DNA of 64,000 bases from positions 4,088,587 through 4,152,586 of the forward strand of contig CM120648.1 of NCBI GenBank assembly GCA_051362555.1. The letters are read 5' to 3'. Positions within the stretch are counted from its first letter, which is position 1. Each line of letters opens with the position of its first letter. The notes beneath the pieces were generated by a model. That model saw only the letters and a program-made list of their open reading frames with translations. It did not search any database and had not been told where the DNA came from. The DNA comes from Lingula anatina (taxonomy: Eukaryota; Animalia; Brachiopoda). Positions 63,859 to 64,000 of the stretch are shown here, piece by piece. Both the position numbers and the translations under genes were made by a program.

Positions 63859-64000
63859 GTGAGTGTCCTGTGCTGAAAAGCAAGTTTTCACTATGGCTGG
63901 CGTTGAGCTCATAGATTCTCGAACCGCAGGCTTTTAAGGTTATAACAGTTTTGGCTCAGACTGTATGTACATTGAATTTTATTTTATTTTTATTTATTTA

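Overview
AT-rich, intron-containing animal DNA, most consistent with a marine invertebrate (probably a mollusc or other lophotrochozoan; inferred from the gene and repeat types). In order, the window holds: the 3' end of a rhodopsin-type GPCR; an intronless secreted Vps62-domain gene; a ~37 kb cluster of four paralogous C2H2 zinc-finger (ZNF) genes (+,-,+,+) with a THAP-domain remnant between the divergent pair; an intronless peptide-type GPCR; and the multi-exon TTI1 gene, which runs off the right edge. MITEs, Helentron-like elements and a solo LTR are scattered throughout. The main finding is ZNF gene 1 (7051-22936). One shared set of 5' exons is followed by three tandem, symmetric phase-2 cassette exons and then five tandemly duplicated, phase-compatible terminal exons. 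Each terminal exon encodes 3-4 C2H2 fingers with variable recognition helices, fused to a conserved ~130-aa domain. From memory (no search run), that domain resembles the N-terminal region of Polinton/Maverick-adintovirus protein-primed DNA polymerase B ORFs. All four ZNF genes also carry a separately encoded N-terminal IG-x4-RW-x2-LK...A-x-(F/I)L(M/L)D module, a possible KRAB-analogous effector exon. Exon structures were derived by hand from GT/AG sites and codon phase, without transcript data.
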